A stretch of DNA of 29,149 bases from a virus. Lineage: Duplodnaviria > Caudoviricetes. Below are positions 26,797-29,149 of the stretch, piece by piece. The number at the start of each line of letters is the position of its first letter. Positions within the stretch are counted from its first letter, which is position 1. The stretch is taken from the IMG/VR virus record IMGVR_UViG_3300048574_000482, positions 1 to 29,149 of that record; one strand, 5' to 3'. The notes under the pieces are model-generated. The model searched no databases. It was not told where the DNA came from and saw only the letters and a program-made list of their open reading frames with translations. Both the position numbers and the translations under genes were made by a program.

Positions 26797-27068
26797 TATT
26801 TGATAATGTAATTTGTACCGAGTTGTTTTGACCGATTTACAAGGCCGGTCCGATTCGTTCTTGATGTATCAATTCCAATGACTGCTGATGATTGAGATCC
26901 ACCAGATCCAATATTGCCATTGTCTGATGCTGCGCCATATTTGTAAAACACACCAGACTGAACAGATGTAGCATGCCATCCTGTTATAGCTTGGAAATAA
27001 CCAGCAATTTTTTGCGACTGGTCATCCTTGAACTGACCACGAACGTATGAATCGACAGAAGCGATATT
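26539..27068. mobile_element. Putative invertible segment (530 bp) with two alternative tail-fibre tips
   Basis: Flanked by an imperfect 49-bp inverted repeat (26539-26587 / 27020-27068, 41/49 identical, with perfect 17-bp and 16-bp blocks). Confidence 0.85.
26793..27068 (-). other. Silent alternative tail-fibre C-terminal cassette (91 aa, no start codon of its own at the junction)
   Basis: NIASVDSYVRGQFKDD...RSKQLGTNYIIKY is paralogous to the expressed tip NIASVDSYLRGQFKDD...RTKQLGTNYLIKY. Confidence 0.88.
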
Positions 27069-27101
27069 TAGTGTAGTGAATGATTTTATGGGAGGTTGAA
27101 A

Positions 27102-27719
27102 TTGAGAATATGGTTTTTTGATTCGAATACCGGAGAACTGATTCCGACATCGGACGCCGACAAAGGGTCGGAAGCGCTGGAATCTCCTCGGGAGCCGGGG
27201 AAATTCCTTAAGATCAAGTATAGCACGACGACCCGCGCGCCGGAATACGGCGAGAACGAGATTCCTGTTTTCGATGGAACGACGTGGATCGTCAAGAAGG
27301 ATTTCCGTGATCTTCAAGCCTGGTACAAGAATTCCGGTGAGAAGGTATCGACATCCGAAATCGGGATCGAGCCTGAAGGTGATTATGTTGAAATCGAGCC
27401 CGAAGGAGTGGCGAATCCGAAGTGGGACGACGCAACCGCAGCTTGGCGTGAGAAAACTGAACTCGAACTCTACGACGAATCCTACGAGAAGAATCCGGAA
27501 TCGACCGTCTTGCAATATGCCTCGATGCGGCGCGCCGAACGCGATCGCCAGATCAGGGAAGAGCAGGACATGATCGACCGGCACGAGAACGAGGTCGCCG
27601 ATGGAGACGATCCGACAGAGACGAACGCGACGATATCGAAACGTCGGAAGCGGATCAAAGCTCTCCGTGACGTACCGGATCAAGCGTCGTTCCCGCGGAC
27701 TGTTATCTGGCCAGATTAA
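27102..27719 (+). CDS. Tail fibre assembly protein / chaperone
   Basis: N-terminal ESPREPG..STTTRAP..W..KKDFR (Tfa-like) and C-terminal KALRDVPDQASFPRTVIWP chaperone motif. TTG at 27102 is 6 nt after GGAGG; the track start 27096 abuts the SD. Confidence 0.8.
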   Translation: MRIWFFDSNTGELIPTSDADKGSEALESPREPGKFLKIKYSTTTRAPEYGENEIPVFDGTTWIVKKDFRDLQAWYKNSGEKVSTSEIGIEPEGDYVEIEPEGVANPKWDDATAAWREKTELELYDESYEKNPESTVLQYASMRRAERDRQIREEQDMIDRHENEVADGDDPTETNATISKRRKRIKALRDVPDQASFPRTVIWPD

Positions 27720-27725
27720 ATATAT

Positions 27726-27755
27726 TTTCCCTGTCTCGTAAAATCCACCTATGGT
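27726..27755 (+). promoter_or_regulatory. Putative late promoter upstream of the lysis-like genes
   Basis: TTTCCCTGTC, AAAA and -10-like TATGGT; matches the motif at 4873-4901. Confidence 0.45.
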
Positions 27756-27788
27756 GTAATGAAATATCAGGACACTATAGGGGATAAA

Positions 27789-28526
27789 ATGAATTTCATA
27801 ACGCAGATACCGGTAATGGGATGGGTCACTATCATGGTGCTGATCGTGGCTTTATTTCTTTTAATCTGGTTCAAGGGATTAAAATTCAGGAAGGGTGACA
27901 CTCAAGTCTCGGTCGGCGAAGAAATCGAGAACAAGATTTTGGAATTAAAAAAAACAGTGGATGAACGCGAAAATATTCGCACGGGCGACGAAGAAATTCG
28001 CAAAGATCTTTTTCGGGAATCGAACGCTATTGACGACCGGCTGAAGGCCGACATGCGCCGAATTGTCCGGTCGCTCAATGATTCGATTTTTCCGGTTTTT
28101 GGTCCATTCGTTAAATGCGAATTCCCGTCGGTCAGGGTGGTCGACATCATCAAGTCGGAACTGATGCAGCGAATCGATGAAAATCACATGCGCGAAAGGC
28201 TCAGGTCGATCGAGATCAAAGGCTACATCGAAGAAATTTCCGAGGACATCAGGAAGGAATACAACGTCTTTCTTAGAACCGTCAGCGCAACGAGATGCGG
28301 GGAAGACTATCCCTCCTGGGAATCCGTTGCTGATGGCGTCTCGATTATACTCATTAACTGGGCCGAAAGAACAAAAAACGCAATCTGCGCGCGGACACGC
28401 GAAAAAATCGCGAGTTATTCGTCGGCGAGAAACCGCTTTACCATCGAGGAATACCGAAAAAAGTCCGTGGACGACCCGATCGAAAAAAATCGCGGATATC
28501 TTGCCTCGCTCGAGGCGAAGCTATGA
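27789..28526 (+). CDS. Single-TM membrane protein in holin position
   Basis: TM segment WVTIMVLIVALFLLIWF followed by KGLKFRK and a long helical soluble domain; ATG 27789 has AGGGGA upstream (27759 is the alternative). Confidence 0.65.
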   Translation: MNFITQIPVMGWVTIMVLIVALFLLIWFKGLKFRKGDTQVSVGEEIENKILELKKTVDERENIRTGDEEIRKDLFRESNAIDDRLKADMRRIVRSLNDSIFPVFGPFVKCEFPSVRVVDIIKSELMQRIDENHMRERLRSIEIKGYIEEISEDIRKEYNVFLRTVSATRCGEDYPSWESVADGVSIILINWAERTKNAICARTREKIASYSSARNRFTIEEYRKKSVDDPIEKNRGYLASLEAKL

Positions 28527-29149
28527 GCGGTGCCATCCACGCCGATGACGCGAGGATCCGGTACGATCAGACAACAAAAATCATCGAGCGATTCCTTGCC
28601 GACCTGAAAACTGCCGGATCGTCAAAGTTCTGGCTGGAATCCTGCAACGTGTGCGCATGCGCGTGCGGCGTCGAGGCGGTTGGCGGTACCTGGAAATCGA
28701 CTCCGCCGATCATCGACGGCCGCGAAATTCTTTCTCAGGCTGACATCCTTTTTGACTTCTGCTATTCGACGTATGGCCGATCGGTGCTCCCAAAAGTATC
28801 CGACGGCGTGAACGAGAACGAGATCGCGGAAAACCTCGCCGAGGCGATCAATCGGTGCTCGACGGCTCGAGCGAAAGTACTGACCTTCTCTTCCGGCTCG
28901 GAAGTTGTGCAAGGAATGAAGGATGCGCTGCAGCGCGGATCCGCTATCGCGATTTCGTACCGGACCGACTACGAGGGCTCCGGTCATTTTCATTGCGTCG
29001 TCAAATACGATGAGCGCGCGAAGCAATTTATGGCCTATGACTCTTGGGCTGACAACAAGCACTGCCTGACGCGCGGTGTGAAGGAGCTGTACGCCGAGTC
29101 GTTCTACGTAGTTCGCGCTCGGCAGCGGTTCATTGAAATATCGCTTTGA
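28523..29149 (+). CDS. Papain-like cysteine peptidase (C39-like), candidate endolysin
   Basis: Catalytic-triad pattern ESC (Cys 28643), GHFHCVV (His 28985), YDSW (Asp 29039); ATGA overlap with the membrane protein gene. Confidence 0.65.
   Translation: MSGAIHADDARIRYDQTTKIIERFLADLKTAGSSKFWLESCNVCACACGVEAVGGTWKSTPPIIDGREILSQADILFDFCYSTYGRSVLPKVSDGVNENEIAENLAEAINRCSTARAKVLTFSSGSEVVQGMKDALQRGSAIAISYRTDYEGSGHFHCVVKYDERAKQFMAYDSWADNKHCLTRGVKELYAESFYVVRARQRFIEISL

Larger units (their letters stand above)
1..29149 (+). mobile_element. Tailed phage/prophage segment, podovirus-type (T7/BPP-1-like) morphogenesis module
   Basis: Co-oriented terminase, portal, scaffold, capsid, adaptor, nozzle, ejection proteins, fibre and lysis-like genes with tight or overlapping junctions. 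No tape measure or sheath gene; no integrase or att site in the window. Confidence 0.95.

Noticed and set aside
26539-27068. DGR template/variable repeat pair
   Set aside because: The copies have unrelated middles, the mismatches are not adenine-specific, and there is no reverse transcriptase in the window.
7392-27548. Several GCGATCGC octamers (7392, 9430, 14284, 16464, 21307, 27541) suggesting cyanobacterial HIP1
   Set aside because: The sequence is generally rich in TCG/CGA words (CTCGAG, GTCGAC, CGATCG), and several copies encode Ala-Ile-Ala. Enrichment cannot be claimed without a Markov-corrected count.
26793-27683. 296-aa minus-strand ORF as a complete gene
   Set aside because: Only the last 91 codons (27068-26793) are fibre-like; the rest is antisense shadow of the chaperone gene.
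1-29149. tRNA, rRNA, CRISPR array, integrase or invertase genes
   Set aside because: None recognised; the intergenic gaps are too short and no regularly spaced repeats or recombinase motifs were seen.

Overview
A 29-kb segment of a tailed dsDNA phage or prophage with podovirus-type (T7/BPP-1-like) virion architecture. Essentially all real genes are on the + strand. The order is: small accessory ORFs, a replication-initiator-like gene, small and large terminase, portal, Bbp19-like protein, scaffold, major capsid, Bbp16-like cement protein, tail adaptor and nozzle, three internal (ejection) proteins, an FN3/LamG-type adhesin, a collar-type tail fibre, a fibre chaperone, a single-TM membrane protein and a papain-like (C39-type) peptidase. 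Standout observations: (1) the ~2800-aa ejection/polyvalent protein carries a GGDEF-type (SGDEF) diguanylate-cyclase-like domain and two zincin HExxH domains, with modules bounded by repeated [LF]FQ motifs; (2) a 530-bp inverted-repeat-flanked segment holds two alternative tail-fibre tips tail-to-tail, with no recombinase in the window; (3) a 59-bp integron attC-like site directly follows the first ORF; (4) the nozzle contains a domain nested inside a copy of itself; (5) a shared putative late-promoter motif heads both the head and lysis modules. All family calls come from motifs recognised by eye; no searches were run. The host is unknown; a spirochaete host is a weak guess from the attC style.
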